Shown: positions 1 to 13,727, counted from the first letter of the stretch. The stretch: 64,000 bases of DNA from Antedon mediterranea (GCF_964355755.1 NC_092674.1:16244001-16308000); one strand, 5' to 3'. A program made the numbers and translations. The notes: generated by a model not told the origin, from the letters alone.

Positions 1-1215
1 CTAAAGTGTGACGTAACAATCGTATGTGATAATACGCATACAAAATGGAAGCGATGTCCGGTGATCAAAACCTGCCGAATGTTATAAAGTGTGATTGTTA
101 TAATAAAGTGTGACGCATACAGAATTGAAGTGATGTCCGGCGATTAAAACCAGTCAAAACTAATAAAGTTTAGACAAAAATGTTATTAAAAACGATTATT
201 TTTCCATATCGGGCCTCTCTTTATGGAAATCCAAAAAACACTTAAGCAAGATTTAATTTAGCATATAATGAGTTAGATGTTTGGGAAATATTCTGCAACA
301 GTAACAATAATGATAAAATGTTATATATTCTGGGAACTACAATAATACTTTAATGTGTTTTGACAAATTTAGGGAAAAGAAATGATCTTAAAACTGTACA
401 GCTCGCAGAGAACATTGGTGCTGCATTTTTCAGTTGTTGCTCCCCCAACATTGGCACCTTTTTCAAGCTTATTCGCGAATCGTTTCGGTTTGACGTTTGA
501 CGCGCGTGTAAAATGCTCAGTGGGAACCGGTCTTAAGTGTGTGGATACATCGAAAGATGAACAAAATAGTGCAAAATATTAGTTCTTGAACAAATGGAAA
601 AAACTCTCGCAATTTTACTATTTGTTCATTAAAAGGTAAACTATTGACAACATTAACTAAAGAATTTGATCACAGTACCGTATATAAAAAATCTAAAATG
701 TATAGTTCGAAAAAATATTTTCATTTCATTTCAATAAAACATTATAGAACAATGTTGTAAAATAAGGATTAGCCACAAATTCTGAAAAGGTCATCAAATA
801 TTATAATGCCTTACAATATTATAATATCTATTAAAAATGATAAATATTAAGAGAAGTAATCATACCGGAATTTGAACCAACATCAGCACAACTAGAAAAC
901 GATAACTCCACCAATATTATTACCACTTTAAAGACAAACATCTTTTTATGCAATTCAGTACCGTGATGTGCGTAGTAAACTTTATCTCCGAAAGTCATCT
1001 CAACGTTTGACATAATATTGTTTCTTTTAGTATTGTTGCAAAAGAGTTTTAAATAATTAATATAAATCAGTTCACCAGCTGTATTACTTTGCTTAGTGGT
1101 TGATATTAATATTTAATTGTTTTGTTGGAATAAGTAATTACATAGATTGAAGATAAACAGTAATGAATGTGAATTTACTATGTGTACTGTTATTATGAAT
1201 ATAATGTGACTATAT

Positions 1216-1427
1216 CAGGAGTATTAGTTAGACACTGGTAGTGTACTAACCCTTATTTACTTATGTATATAACAGGAGTATTAGTTAGACACTGGTAGTG
1301 TACTAACCCTTATTTACTTATGTATATAACAGGAGTATTAGTTAGACACTGGTAGTGTACTAACCCTTATTTACTTATGTATATAACAGGAGTATTAGTT
1401 AGACACTGGTAGTGTACTAAGCCTTAT
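1216..1427. repeat. 57-bp tandem repeat, ~3.7 copies
   Basis: Unit caggagtattagttagacactggtagtgtactaacccttatttacttatgtatataa starts at 1216, 1273, 1330 and 1387. Confidence 0.95.
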
Positions 1428-1466
1428 TATTTTTTTTTTCAATCGAGTTCGAACAATACCATGAAA

Positions 1467-1538
1467 GCCCCAGTGGTCTAATGGTTAGGACATCTGCATA
1501 TCAAGCAGGCGATCCGAGTTCGAGTCTCGGTTGGGGCG
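1467..1538 (+). tRNA. tRNA-like cloverleaf with ATC anticodon (Asp-like), probably the head of a tRNA-derived repeat
   Basis: Acceptor gccccag/ttggggc, D stem gtct/ggac, anticodon stem tctgc/gcagg with loop atATCaa, T arm ccgag-ttcgagt-ctcgg, G discriminator, then a T5 run. A deleted second copy with the same flanks lies at ~2105-2290. Confidence 0.6.
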
Positions 1539-1590
1539 ACTTTTTCTCATTCTCACAGATTTCCTCATCTTTATCGTTTCAAATTAATTA

Positions 1591-1710
1591 ATTAAATTTC
1601 AGTATATCACCGGGCGGTTTAGAATTAATGTTCATTGCCTGATGTGTGTATATATATAAACACAAGAGGCAAAGAACATTAATTCTAAACCGCCCGCTGA
1701 TATACTGAAA

Positions 1711-1750
<40 letters not shown>

Positions 1751-1815
1751 CTTTCAGTATATCACCGGGCGGTTTAGAATTAATGTTCATTGCCTGATGT
1801 GTTTATATATATACA
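1591..1815. repeat. Inverted repeat (hairpin) followed by (TA)n and a third, direct copy of the same segment
   Basis: ttaaatttcagtatatcaccgggcggtttagaattaatgttc (1592-) is mirrored by gaacattaattctaaaccgcccgctgatatactgaaatttaa (to 1715). (TA)n runs to ~1745 and a direct copy starts at ~1750. Confidence 0.85.
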
Positions 1816-1818
1816 CAC

Positions 1819-1860
1819 TTGCACTGATGAAGGGCTAGTGTTGCCCGAAAGCTCTGCTAA
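1819..1860 (+). ncRNA. Minimal type-I hammerhead ribozyme motif (Penelope-like retroelement/retrozyme type)
   Basis: gca-CTGATGA-a-gggc-tagtgtt-gccc-GAAA-gc-TC-tgc: intact catalytic core, 4-bp stem II, palindromic minimal stem III (agct), and stem I gca/tgc. Confidence 0.75.
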
Positions 1861-2357
1861 CTTTTCTGGCTGTTTACTTTATCGTTTTGATTTAGCTTTT
1901 CGCTTTTTATTTTTGTATCTCCATTGAGATCCAGCCACTGATACCCACAGCATTGTCATTTTTTTCAGTTATTTGCCTTTGGATTTATATATATTTTGAT
2001 ATATACATCTATTGATCTCTATTGATCTCTGGTGCGCGTGCGTACAACTGAGGGACTAGTGTTGTTCCACCGTACCACGCCGAGAATGTTAAAGAGTCGC
2101 TATCCAATCGAGTTTGAACAATACCATGAAAGCCCTAGTGGCCATATCAAGCAGAAGGTTCCGGGTTCGAGTTGGGGCAACTTTTTCTCATTCTAACAGA
2201 TTTCCTCATCTTATCGTTTCAAATGAATTAATTAAATTTCAGTACCGGGCGGTTTAGAATTTATTCTGTGCCTGTGTTGTTTATATATACGTATAAACAT
2301 ATACATATTATGTATATGAAGAGAAGGACACACCACACCAAAGAGAGAAAATACATA

Positions 2358-2790
2358 ATAACTAGTTATACCAAAAAAAGGGTCGACATTTTGTCATTTT
2401 TCGAAATTTTTTTAAAAAAATGACCAAAATATCGACCTTTTAAAATTAAACTATTATGAAATAATATTGCCATATATGCACATATTGCGTTATCATCATC
2501 TTATAGAGTCATAGTAACTAGTTATGTCAAAAAAGAAAAGGGTCGAAATTTGGTCACTTTTCGAAAATTTCCCTGTACTATAAGTTTATAGGGATTTTTT
2601 CAAAAATGGCCAAAATATTGACTTTTTAAAATTCAATTATTATGCAATAATATTGCCATATATGCACATATTGCGTTATCATCATCTTATAGAGTCATAG
2701 TAACCAGTTATGTCACAAAATCACCCAAACATGACCTTTTTAAAATTAATTTAATATGTTCTATAATATTGCTATATATGCATGTATATT
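2358..2790. repeat. Degenerate ~160-190-bp tandem units
   Basis: taactagttat...gggtcga...ttttaaaatt...aataatattgccatatatgcacatattgcg recurs at ~2358 and ~2514, and partially at ~2700. Confidence 0.7.
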
Positions 2791-5418
2791 TCCAGACTTT
2801 CAAGACTTTTTCTCAAAGCAGAAAAAGGTTGAAATTGTATGCGATTCTACTCATGTCAATGCAATGTCAAAAAGTCAGTTTCTCGAAAATTTCTATACTA
2901 TAGTAAAGTTTTTTAAACATAATATAATACGGTACTATAAGGCGCATATTACAAAAATATTATGGCATAATTTAATTTTTTAATTTCAACCTTTTTGTTT
3001 TGTTGACATAATTAATATGACTCCATAAGACAATGATAACTTAATATTATGTGCATATAGTACTATTATATTATCGCTTTTTTCCTTCCAAAGAGGCCTA
3101 CCTAAAATGTTTAATTGCCAAATTTCGTCAAACAAAATGTAATATTCGTTACAAAAAAATGACGTCATTTTACCGGTAACCCTGATTTGCAATACATACT
3201 AGGGCTGATCAAAATCGGTTTCCAATCATAATAACCAGATTAAGATTAGTCGACTATTGGTTCACACTAGAGGCGCACAGCAAGTGAGTTAACAAGCGTC
3301 AGTTCGAATAATCCATCGCTTGTGATTGGTCAAATCACTTATGTTGCGTTACGTACTTGTGTCTCGACTTGGGAACCAAGATCGCGCTATCAGATCGATA
3401 ATTTCTTACATAGACTGACACGATTTGTTAGCTCCCGATAATAACTCTAGCGTGAACCATGACTTCATAACAATTTCTAGCGTGAACCAGGACTACAAAA
3501 ACACCTCTGCTCAATTGTCTTATTCAGATAAATCAGTAGTCATATGTCTACAAAAAATGAAGGCATAACAACCATGTTTGAACATATAGTCTATTGTATA
3601 AGTGGTACACATACATATAAACACGGATAGAGTTCAACATATCATGCAATACTATTATACTAAACATGTTTATAGTCTTAGTACAGTAATATTATACATT
3701 TATAATTATATATTATTATAATAAACAAAAATATATAACAAAAATAAAAATATAGGACCGAAGGAAAAATTGATAATTTTCTTTATACATAAGTTTCATA
3801 AACAAATAATTGTTTGTAACCCGTCTATTGCTCATTACAAAACTGTTAATTATTCTACAATTATGAATCAGTTACTAATTAATATGGGGTCACGTGGGGT
3901 CATATTGAGCACATATGGTCAGTATTGTAGGTGGCAAAGTATTTGGTTCATGTTTTAAAAAACAATGGCAGGAATTAAACAAGAAATATGAAGAATCAGA
4001 AATAAATAAAATAAAGATTTTCGGAATTACTTTAAAAAAAATGAAAATTTCCTAAAATGTGTTTATACTATGACCATAACAAAAAAAAACAACTGTATGA
4101 GAGACGTTGGCTATTCCTTATTTTATTTAATGTATATACATAAAGTATAACCCCCCTCCTTTGGGACACCTCTATTTAGGGGACACCCCTAATTAAAGGG
4201 GCACTTTCTTGGGTCCTATGGTTGTCCCTTTAATATTGTAATTAAACTATTTAATTTGTTATGAAATACAAATTTATCAAATGTATGTATCTCTTTAATT
4301 TTAATTTCATTTTAATATGAAATACAAATTAATTAAATAAATGTATTTATGTTTTAGTTTTACTCTTTCATTTATTATGAAATACATATTTGTTGTATGT
4401 ATTCATATTTCCATTTCACAATGTATCGTGTTAGCATCATAGTATAAACACACGGATAATTTGTTGATCTAAACCAACATTTTATATAACATATTATATA
4501 ATATACAATGTAATTCACATCTCCAGATAAAAAATATAAACTCACTTTCTACAGAATTACTAGCATGATCGACAACAGGAGGATTTTTCTCAGATATTTA
4601 AACAACTCAATTACAATTTTAATTGTTTACATTAAATTAATTGTAACTCTATCCATATAAAATGATTTAATATATGTTGTTTCAAGATATATTTCCTCCT
4701 CTGAAAATGTGTCAGGAAAACAATGATTTTGGGTGACAATTACAATTTTTATAATTCATTGGTAACAAATATTATTAACTAAAAACCATTTTGATACATC
4801 CTGTAAATTATGATATTTCTGATATTTTTAATGTCGCTATGATTAAATATCTTTATATTTTCTTCTTTTTCAGATGAATATGTTTAGTTCTTAAAAGAGC
4901 TAACATGTATATATATATATCTTGATTTGCCAGTTAGCTTCACAGACTTCCCTGCAAATATAAAAAAAAAGTATAGCAGAAATAAATTTATGTGGGGATT
5001 AATCTAATCATGTGATAATTAAATACTGCCCCCTATAGGTGTTGCTGCCCCCTATAATTGTAACAGTCTTTTTTCAAATGATTTGCTTTCTTTTGTATTC
5101 ATGAACCGGTCAAGGAAGCAGATAGTTTTGTCTCTTATTTAATTAAAGATCTGATTAAAAGGTAATTGCTCTACTTTATACATATATTACTTTGTTATAC
5201 ATTTATAAGATTCTGTTATGTTTAAGAAACATTAATGTTGTATTTTAAGATGATTGCATTCATAGGCCTAGACATTTGTTTTGGGTTAACCTTGACTCAT
5301 GGAATGTGCAGTTAGGAAGCCTATTGACAATAGTAGCAGAATAGTATTGTGTTACAATCTTTGAACTAGGATTTTATGCCATATAATGTTATAATATATA
5401 CTTTTGTGATAAACCTTC

Positions 5419-6323
5419 GGCGCTAGTTCCGTTTCGCACCTGTTTTTATTTCAACTTCCTTTTGACTCCAAATTGTTAAGCAACTTATTGTGAATACCAC
5501 ACCTTAAAATTGGGCCTCATAAGTACTTTTATGAAGAAGAATCACATAAAAAGTAACAAATAAATCCTTAAATTGATGATTTTACAGACATGTTTCTCGC
5601 ATACCGTTCGCCGCGAATTTAGCATACTCGAAGTTCAATATTTTCGTTTCTATGGAGCGCCAAAAGAGCAACAACAATAGATGGTTAAAACCTCAGTGGA
5701 ATGCGTCTTCTTTTAATGCATTTATTATTGAAATACACGTTTAATTTTAATATATTTTGTCAATAAAAATGCTGTAACATTTTACTGCTAATAATTTGCT
5801 GTTTTCAAATAGCAACCAACCCTAGGCCTAAGAGTAAGACTAAGACTAACTAAGAGGCATATTATTTAGATTAAGGTATACCCCTACAGTACATGTAATA
5901 TGATGATGAATTTGTCGATTTTCATTCCTAAAAGCTCCTGCAAAAACCATGTACAGTATTAACAGTAATATTTTTGTTGCATTGACATTGACAAAATATG
6001 ATAAAATTGAACGTAATTTTCACCAATAAATGCATTAAATATACACAATTTACTGAGTTGTTAGCCCTCTATTATGATTGCTCTTTTGGCGCTCCATAGA
6101 AACAACAACATTGAACATGATGGAGTATGCGAAATTCACGAACCGATGTGCGAGAAACACGTCTGTAAATTCATCAATTTAAAGGATTCATTTTTTACTT
6201 TTTGTGTGATCTCCTTTGTAAAAGTATTTTTGAGACTTAATTCTAAGGTGTGGTACTCACGATAAAGTTACTTAACAAATTTTGAGTCGAAATAAACGAC
6301 AGGTGCGAAACGGAACTAGCGCC
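5419..6323. mobile_element. MITE / non-autonomous DNA transposon inserted in the 5' LTR (8-bp TSD, GG termini; Merlin-like by inference)
   Basis: TIR ggcgctagttccgtttcgcacctg / caggtgcgaaacggaactagcgcc. TSD aaaccttc at 5411-5418 and 6324-6331. The empty site is visible in the 3' LTR (~7797). Long imperfect internal inverted arms. Confidence 0.93.
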
Positions 6324-7075
6324 AAACCTTCTTTGTATTAACAAAATATGTTTAGATAGATTTAGTAATGTTTAGTTTATAGAAGATAGTTTCTAGTTAA
6401 CAGTTTGTATAAAATAGTTCATCCTACAGTTCACACTTGATTAATTTGTATACACGAGGCTACCATGCTCGTGATAGATCGTCATGTAGTGCGCCCTCTA
6501 TTTGTCATACAAAATGGCTGCGCCCATGGATTTGTTATTGTTTATATATTTTACACAAACCTAAGATTATAACTCCTTGATTCAATGAATAGACTAAGTT
6601 TAGTATTCAAATAGTGTGAGTAAATTCCAACATGCATTTATTCTAGTAATATAATACTAATATTCAGGCACTTATGATGCAATTGTGTAGGTAATTAATT
6701 AGGTATTTGTATACTCTAACAAAGTATACAGAGGCTGTTTAGGTAGACGTGCCGTTTGATGTAATAGTCGCAGTCCTCAGAGAGAATCCTTTTTATTAGA
6801 GTCGCCTGTTAAGTTGAGGTCGTTACTAAGAATTGGCTTGTATTTTAGAATATTATTTACTTTTGTTTCTCATTGTATTTTTTTTTTGTGGTTTTCTGGA
6901 CCATACTGATCTCTATTGTTATGCTAAAAACAAATTAAAACCAAATACACCACCGGACCGTGGTAAAAGTGAGAAAAGGCGTGTTTTTCCTTTTGTGTTG
7001 TCGTCCACATCCTTACAATTTGGTGTCAGAAGTGGGATTGTGGATCGTATTTGGCTTTAACATTAGAGATCAGTG

Positions 7076-7396
7076 ATGGCAAGCAAGGCATCGTTGCGAG
7101 ATGTGCAGAGGACGGTTGATGAGCTAAGAGCCGAACTAGAAGCAACTAGGCGTGCTGCCCATGGTAATGGAAACACAGTATATGTTCTCCCAGAGAAGAA
7201 GATGAGACACTTTGTGGGAGCCGGAGGGGAATGTGTAGAGTCCTTTGTTGAAGACGATGGTACTGGGGACGTTTACCCTGACTGGCCTGATGATGCTGGC
7301 ATTGACTCTGAAAATGCTGAAAAGATTCTTCTTGTTGTGAATAATAAGTTTGAGGACAAACTCAGCTTAAACAGGGGAGTGTGGGGATTAATCTAA
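7076..7396 (+). pseudogene. Truncated gag N-terminus fused to 3' internal sequence of the LTR element
   Basis: The ORF starts just after the PBS (MASKASLRDVQRTVDELRAELEA...YVLPEKKMRHFVG: coiled coil plus gag-like start) and runs into the 3' LTR. No pol is present. Confidence 0.6.
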
Positions 7397-8627
7397 TCAT
7401 GTGATAATTAAATACTGCCCCCTATAGGTGTTGCTGCCCCCTATAATTGTAACAGTCTTTTTTCAAATGATTTGCTTTCTTTTGTATTCATGAACCGGTC
7501 AAGGAAGCAGATAGTTTTGTCTCTTATTTAATTAAAGATCTGATTAAAAGGTAATTGCTCTACTTTATACATATATTACTTTGTTATACATTTATAAGAT
7601 TCTGTTATGTTTAAGAAACATTAATGTTGTATTTTAAGATGATTGCATTCATAGGCCTAGACATTTGTTTTGGGTTAACCTTGACTCATGGAATGTGCAG
7701 TTAGGAAGCCTATTGACAATAGCAGAATAGTATTGTGTTACAATCTTTGAACTAGGATTTTATGCCATATAATGTTATAATATATACTTTTGTGATAAAC
7801 CTTCTTTGTATTAACAAAATATGTTTAGATAGATTTAGTAATGTTTAGTTTATAGAAGATAGTTTCTAGTTAACAGTTTGTATAAAATAGTTCATCCTAC
7901 AGTTCACACTTGATTAATTTGTATACACGAGGCTACCATGCTCGTGATAGATCGTCATGTAGTGCGCCCTCTATTTGTCATACAAAATGGCTGCGCCCAT
8001 GGATTTGTTATTGTTTATATATTTTACACAAACCTAAGATTATAACTCCTTGATTCAATGAATAGACTAAGTTTAGTATTCAAATAGTGTGAGTAAATTC
8101 CAACATGCATTTATTCTAGTAATATAATACTAATATTCAGGCACTTATGATGCAATTGTGTAGGTAATTAATTAGGTATTTGTATACTCTAACAAAGTAT
8201 ACAGAGGCTGTTTAGGTAGACGTGCCGTTTGATGTAATAGTCGCAGTCCTCAGAGAGAATCCTTTTTATTAGAGTCGCCTGTTAAGTTGAGGTCGTTACT
8301 AAGAATTGGCTTGTATTTTAGAATATTATTTACTTTTGTTTCTCATTGTATTTATTTTGTGGTTTTCAGGACCATACTGATCTCTATTGTTATGCTAAAA
8401 ACAAATTAAAACCAAATACACCACCGGACCGTGGTAAAAGTGAGAAAAGGCGTGTTTTTCCTTTTGTGTTGTCGTCCACATCCTTACATTTATTTCTCAC
8501 TTTATCAAAATTGAATCAAAGATTTTATACAAATAAAGGCATCTACAGCATATAATAATTGGTAAATAATTGCTTTAAAAAAAATAAAATTGTCAATTTT
8601 AATAAAAAAATCTTTTTGTGGCACATA

Positions 8628-9090
8628 CTCGACTGCGGCGCTTACTGAACTGTGGCGCTTACTGGACGGTGGGACTTTGTGGATTGTGGCGTTTACTGGA
8701 CTGCGGCGCTTACTGGACTGTGGTGCTTATTAGACTGTGGCGCTTACTGGACGGTGGCACTTTGTGGATTGTGGCGTTTACTGGACTGCGGCGCTTACTG
8801 GACGGTGGCGCTTACTAGACTGTGGCGCTTACTGGACGGTGGCACTTTGTGGATTTTGGCGTTTACTTGACTGTGGCGCTTACTTGTGTGGTGCGTACTG
8901 GACTGAGGCGCTTACTGGACTGTTGCGCTTACTAGACTGCGGTGCTTACCGGACTGCGGCGCTTACTGGACTGCGGCGCTTATTAGACTGCGGCGCTTAC
9001 TGGACGGTGGCGCTTACTAGACTGTGGCGCTTACTGGACGGTGGCACTTTGTGGACTGCAGAGCTTACTGTGGCGCTTTGTGGATTGTGG
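8628..9090. repeat. GC-rich ~17-bp minisatellite with higher-order variants
   Basis: Unit ctgcggcgcttactgga, interspersed with acggtggcactttgtggattgtggcgtttactgg variants. Confidence 0.9.
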
Positions 9091-10100
9091 ATGACTACTT
9101 ACAAATGGATCTGTATTTTGCTGTGTTGGTGGTCTATGTATTTGCTGTGGTCCTGCTGCATTGTATGCCATACCTGTTCTCATTCCCTAAAATAAAGAAG
9201 TATTCAACACTTGTTATATATATATTGATTACTTATGTCCCGTTCAAACTAACACAAATTTTTGTCCGCACTGTTCCGCATTCAGTGTGTGTCATTTAAT
9301 GTTGTCACAAATATTTTACGCATCGTACCCTAGGTCACATGGTCTGCATGGGCAATCTATTACCTAAAAAACCAGCGTAAATTATGCACAAATTATTATC
9401 ACCCATGTCGTGAAATGCGTGTCATTTCCCACAATAACATCTGAGACAACAATCAATTGATTGTTGTCTCAGATAACATGCACGGCTGCAACCATGGTGC
9501 GCATCATTGCACAGTTCAGGAATATGGATGCAGGCGCAAATATTCAGTAATGTTGAACATTTGTGCATGCATTACATGCAATGTCCCTCAAATTTCCGCA
9601 AAATGGTACACATGATTCCCACATTGTAATGAATTCAATGCGGGGCAGTGCAGGACCAATATTCGTGTCAACATAGTTTTAGGCCTACTTTATAAAATCA
9701 TGAACATTCTTTGTATAAATATATCTATTTTGTTATATTGAATTGATTGGTATTGACAAACTTTTCTTAATCGTTAATTCTCAACAGAGTTTATTCAATA
9801 ACGAACGAAGGCTTTTGAATTATTATAATTATTCATTTGTTTACCTTAACATACCATATTAATTTAGTTTTGTTATTGTTATTGACAGACCTTTCTTAAT
9901 CGTTCTCAACAGAGTTTATTCAATAACGAACGAAGGCTTTTGAATCATTTTAACTTTATTGTACAAATACATTTACATGACAAAAGGATCATAGGAAATA
10001 AGCTAAATATTAATTATTATTATTTGTTATATTTTCAAAACTGTGAATCCAGAACTTATGTAGGAAATGAGACATACCATTTGTTGATTAGATGCCACAA

Positions 10101-10745
10101 CAGGCCCGTAGCCAGGGGGGGTTTTTATGGTTCGGGCGAACCCGCCCTTTACAGCGAACCCCCCTTAACCAACTGCGAACCCCCATCCTCGACATGCCCA
10201 ATACCTCACCCTCATCTCCAAAAATCCTCCAAATACGTGCCCCACAGTACAAAAAGTTGTTTGTAAATTGAAAAATTCGTAAACTTGTTCGTGAACCTTC
10301 TTTTCTGTATGAGCGTCAACTAGTGATACGTGTCTGTAAATTTCTAAAAGCTGCAAATGAATTGCCGATTTTAACCTGAAAAATAAATGTTTGGTCCCTG
10401 CATGTAACATGATATTGACGCGTCTCATAGCGAGCTGGCGCACGAACGATTCGTACAAAGGACACTGTCAGACAACTGCGTACTTATAATTGTTTAGATC
10501 ACTGGCAGTCAGGCAGCATGCATAAAGTATATAGCCTTCCGACGTACATCAGTATTTATGTGTGACTATGAAGTATAATGTATCATAGAGGATTATAGTG
10601 AATATTAATATTTTACACTATAATATCTATGGTATCAAGTACTGTAGTTCACATTATGGCATCCGATTATTTTGAGAGTTGACCCAAATATTTAGTGTCC
10701 GAACCCCCCCCCCCCCCCCCTTGACAGATCCTGGCTACGGCCCTG
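10101..10745. mobile_element. TIR element (CAG termini, hAT-like) with a 5-bp flanking duplication
   Basis: TIR caggcccgtagccagg / cctggctacggccctg. cacaa flanks both ends. Subterminal cgaaccccc motifs. Confidence 0.8.
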
Positions 10746-11678
10746 CACAATCTGTCCAGAAAAAGCTCCTGATCTCCAATCAGCTGGCTGACCTCCCTGC
10801 AACAACAATGGAACATACCAAATACTAGTAAACTAATTTTGATTAAAAAACAAACTGAAAGTAATTGTAACAATAGAAGCACTTAGTAGAATATAAAGTA
10901 GTTGTTGTGGTAGATGACTAGTAATTTTATTTTACATGATGTTAAATGGTTTAGTAAACATTAAAATATTAATTAAAAAATATTTTTTAGTAACATTATC
11001 ATTATATCATATTGCCTTTTCATATTCAGTACTGGATTTTCATCTACAAAATGTAAAATAAAAAGTAATAGAATATGCTCAAATATTTCACTAAAATCAT
11101 AGTTATCACTTCTTTGAACTAATATTAACATCAATTCCATATTACAAGGAAAGTTTAAAAGTACAGTAAAAAAAAAAGATTATTTTCAAGGCTTAACTAA
11201 TTATTATATTCGACACAAAATTAATATGATCACACACAATAACTGAAAAAAATGATTAAAATAACTCTTAATACACAATATGTGCAGATACTGCTGAGGA
11301 ATGAGAATAGGTCCATCCCTTCTATGCACTATATAGAGGTAATATTTAACTAGTAGTTTGCACAGTTGAAAAGAGTCCATTTCTCAACAAGAGAGGCACA
11401 CAAATAATACTATTTTAGAAGAATGTTTTCACCCACCACACATCAAAGAACTTTAAATATTTGACAACTAACAACTTTATAAACATTTAAGAACATTAGG
11501 AAAGAAATTTTAAAAAAAAGAAAAATAAATTATATTTAAAAAAAAATCATAATTATAGCACAAAAATAAACACACAATTTAATATATGTGCAGTTGATAC
11601 AATATACCATACAATGTACTAGAAGTTAAAAAACACAAGGAAAAAATAGAAATTGTTGCAAATATAAAACGGTTTTAA

Positions 11679-12264
11679 AGGCCAGGTGCGGGCAAAAAAT
11701 TTCTATTGATCATACATTCCAATAATTATCGATCTACAGTTTCCCCTATGTTTCATAATTTTTGGGATTTTATTTGTGTTACACGAGCTTGTTGAAAATA
11801 AGCACTTTCTTATCAGTGGGGGGATAGTTCAAATTATAGTAAAATCTCTATTCTTTTGTACACAAATTTTGTAAATAGAGAGGCATTTTAAAAAGGTATG
11901 AAAAATAAATGGTGTGGTAAAAAATGTTATCAGATATATAGGTAATATAACTTGAATATTACATTTCTGATATTTTTATTCAACTTCAGATTTTTATTTT
12001 CATGCTATAGCAAAAATTATCCACCGTATATCCACCATCTTTTTTCACCGTCTAGGGAGTCACCAGACATGTTATTACATTAGGTTAACTACCTAACTAC
12101 TGAAAAAAAGTCTTCCTGGTTTTTATGGAAGAATTTTGCCAAATTTTGTATTTGACCATATTAAGGGAAATTCATGTTTTTTCGTCTCGATTTCTGTTAC
12201 AAATATTTGATTTATGTACAATTAACCAAATATTATATTTAAAATTCATGCCTGTACCTGAGCT
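11679..12264 (+). mobile_element. TTAA-site non-autonomous DNA transposon (Kolobok-like MITE), copy 1
   Basis: TTAA on both sides. Imperfect TIR aggccaggtgcgggca / tgcctgtacctgagct. A near-identical inverted copy lies at 27965-28557. Confidence 0.85.
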
Positions 12265-12351
12265 TTAAAGTGACATGCTAAAATCCTAAAAATAAAACCC
12301 TTAATGCAAAATTGAACAATAATTTTGAATTATTAATATTAATATCATACA

Positions 12352-12505
12352 ATTGGTTCCTACTTGGATGCAACGCAAGTACGTGAGCACAACATATGTA
12401 ATTTGACCAATCACGATGCAATGGATCATCCAAACTGTCGCTTGTGATTGGTCAACTCACTTGCGTTGTTCTCACATTCTTGCGTTACGTCCTAGTGGAA
12501 CCAGC
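12352..12505. mobile_element. Short palindromic MITE-like repeat (related copy ~3257-3380)
   Basis: tggttcctact...ctagtggaacca ends with an internal tgaccaatcac / gtgattggtca inverted pair. The same core occurs at 3257-3380. Confidence 0.55.
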
Positions 12506-13284
12506 TTTTAGGTCTAAACCTATACTTTATGATTATTATTTAGGCTTTTTTTACTCTATTATGTCATTACATTCCAAACTAACTACCAGATTTCTGACAT
12601 TATCATTTGTAAATAAACTTTAAAATTTGTTTTAGTCATGTTTGGAAGATTTGATTGAACAAAAACTTATATTACATCTTTAAAAATATAAAGTAGTTTT
12701 TTTTATATGGAATAATAACTTTATTAAAACTGTAAAAACTAAAATGGCCTATTAAAAGTCTGATTTTATAAATCTTCTTTTTTCTTGATTTTCAAGAAAA
12801 ACACATCTTTAAAAAAAGTTGTAGCTTAAATTGCATTTTTCATTTACACAAGTAAAAATAAGAATTTTAATTATATAAATATTGTTTAATTTCGTTTTTT
12901 TATTGTTATTAACAGACCTTTCTTAATCGTTAATTCTCAACAGAGTTTATTCAATAACGAACGATGGCTTTTGAATTATTATAATTAGTCCATTGTTTAC
13001 CTTAACATATCATAATTCATAATTATTATCCTAGCAGTATCTTCATTGCAGTACTTTGATTAATATGAATTAACAAACGCTTTCCTGGTAGCTGCATAAA
13101 TTATTTACAGGGTGCTTTTAGCCATATGATAATATGTATTATAATACACATCCGTTGCTGTGATAGCAATCAATGCAAGCCACATCAAGATCTGAACTTT
13201 ACATTTCCAACAAAGTCTAGTAGTTTATTTGATCAAAATAAAACAATGTAAATTTGAAAATTAGATTCTCCAGACTGTAATTAA

Positions 13285-13727
13285 AGACACTAGCCCTGCG
13301 TTTCTTTGACCTAATTTAAGGTTACACACTATACACACATATTATATGGACCTATTGCGATATTTCTTCGTCTTTAAACGGTTAAAAATGTGAAAAATAA
13401 GTCGATTCTAATAATTTTAGCGGTCCGTTATAAATCCAAATATATATCGCGCACGGATTGATATTTCCACATTTTTATGTAATGCACCCACTTCGACCGA
13501 TCGAATGAAAGGGTAACCAAATAAAAGAACCGTAACTTTTCAGCGAAAATACCAAGTCTTCTCCAATTTATTTTAACAGATTCTGGCAAAAAAGCTACTA
13601 AAGGTACAATTCATAGTGCATTGTTTTTTCACTTCACCCACATTTAAGACAAGAAATGACCTGGTTTAATGTTTTTAAAGTTATGCATTATTTTTACAAA
13701 AAGTCAAAAATTGCAGGTCTAGTGTCT
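13285..13727. mobile_element. TTAA-site MITE (Kolobok-like), second family
   Basis: ttaa|agacactagccctgc ... gcaggtctagtgtct|ttaa. Confidence 0.8.

Larger units (their letters stand above)
4991..8488 (+). mobile_element. Non-autonomous, internally deleted Gypsy/Ty3-type LTR retrotransposon
   Basis: 5' LTR 4991-7017 and 3' LTR 7380-8488 (TG...CA, near-identical). 4-bp TSD ttta (4987-4990, 8489-8492). PBS tggtgtcagaagtgggat (7021-7038; tRNA-Leu type). Purine tract aaacaggggag just before 7380. Internal region is only 362 bp. Confidence 0.93.

Noticed and set aside
8618-9195. Overlapping repetitive ORFs (LDCGAYWT...)
   Set aside because: Translation of a stop-poor 17-bp minisatellite in several frames.
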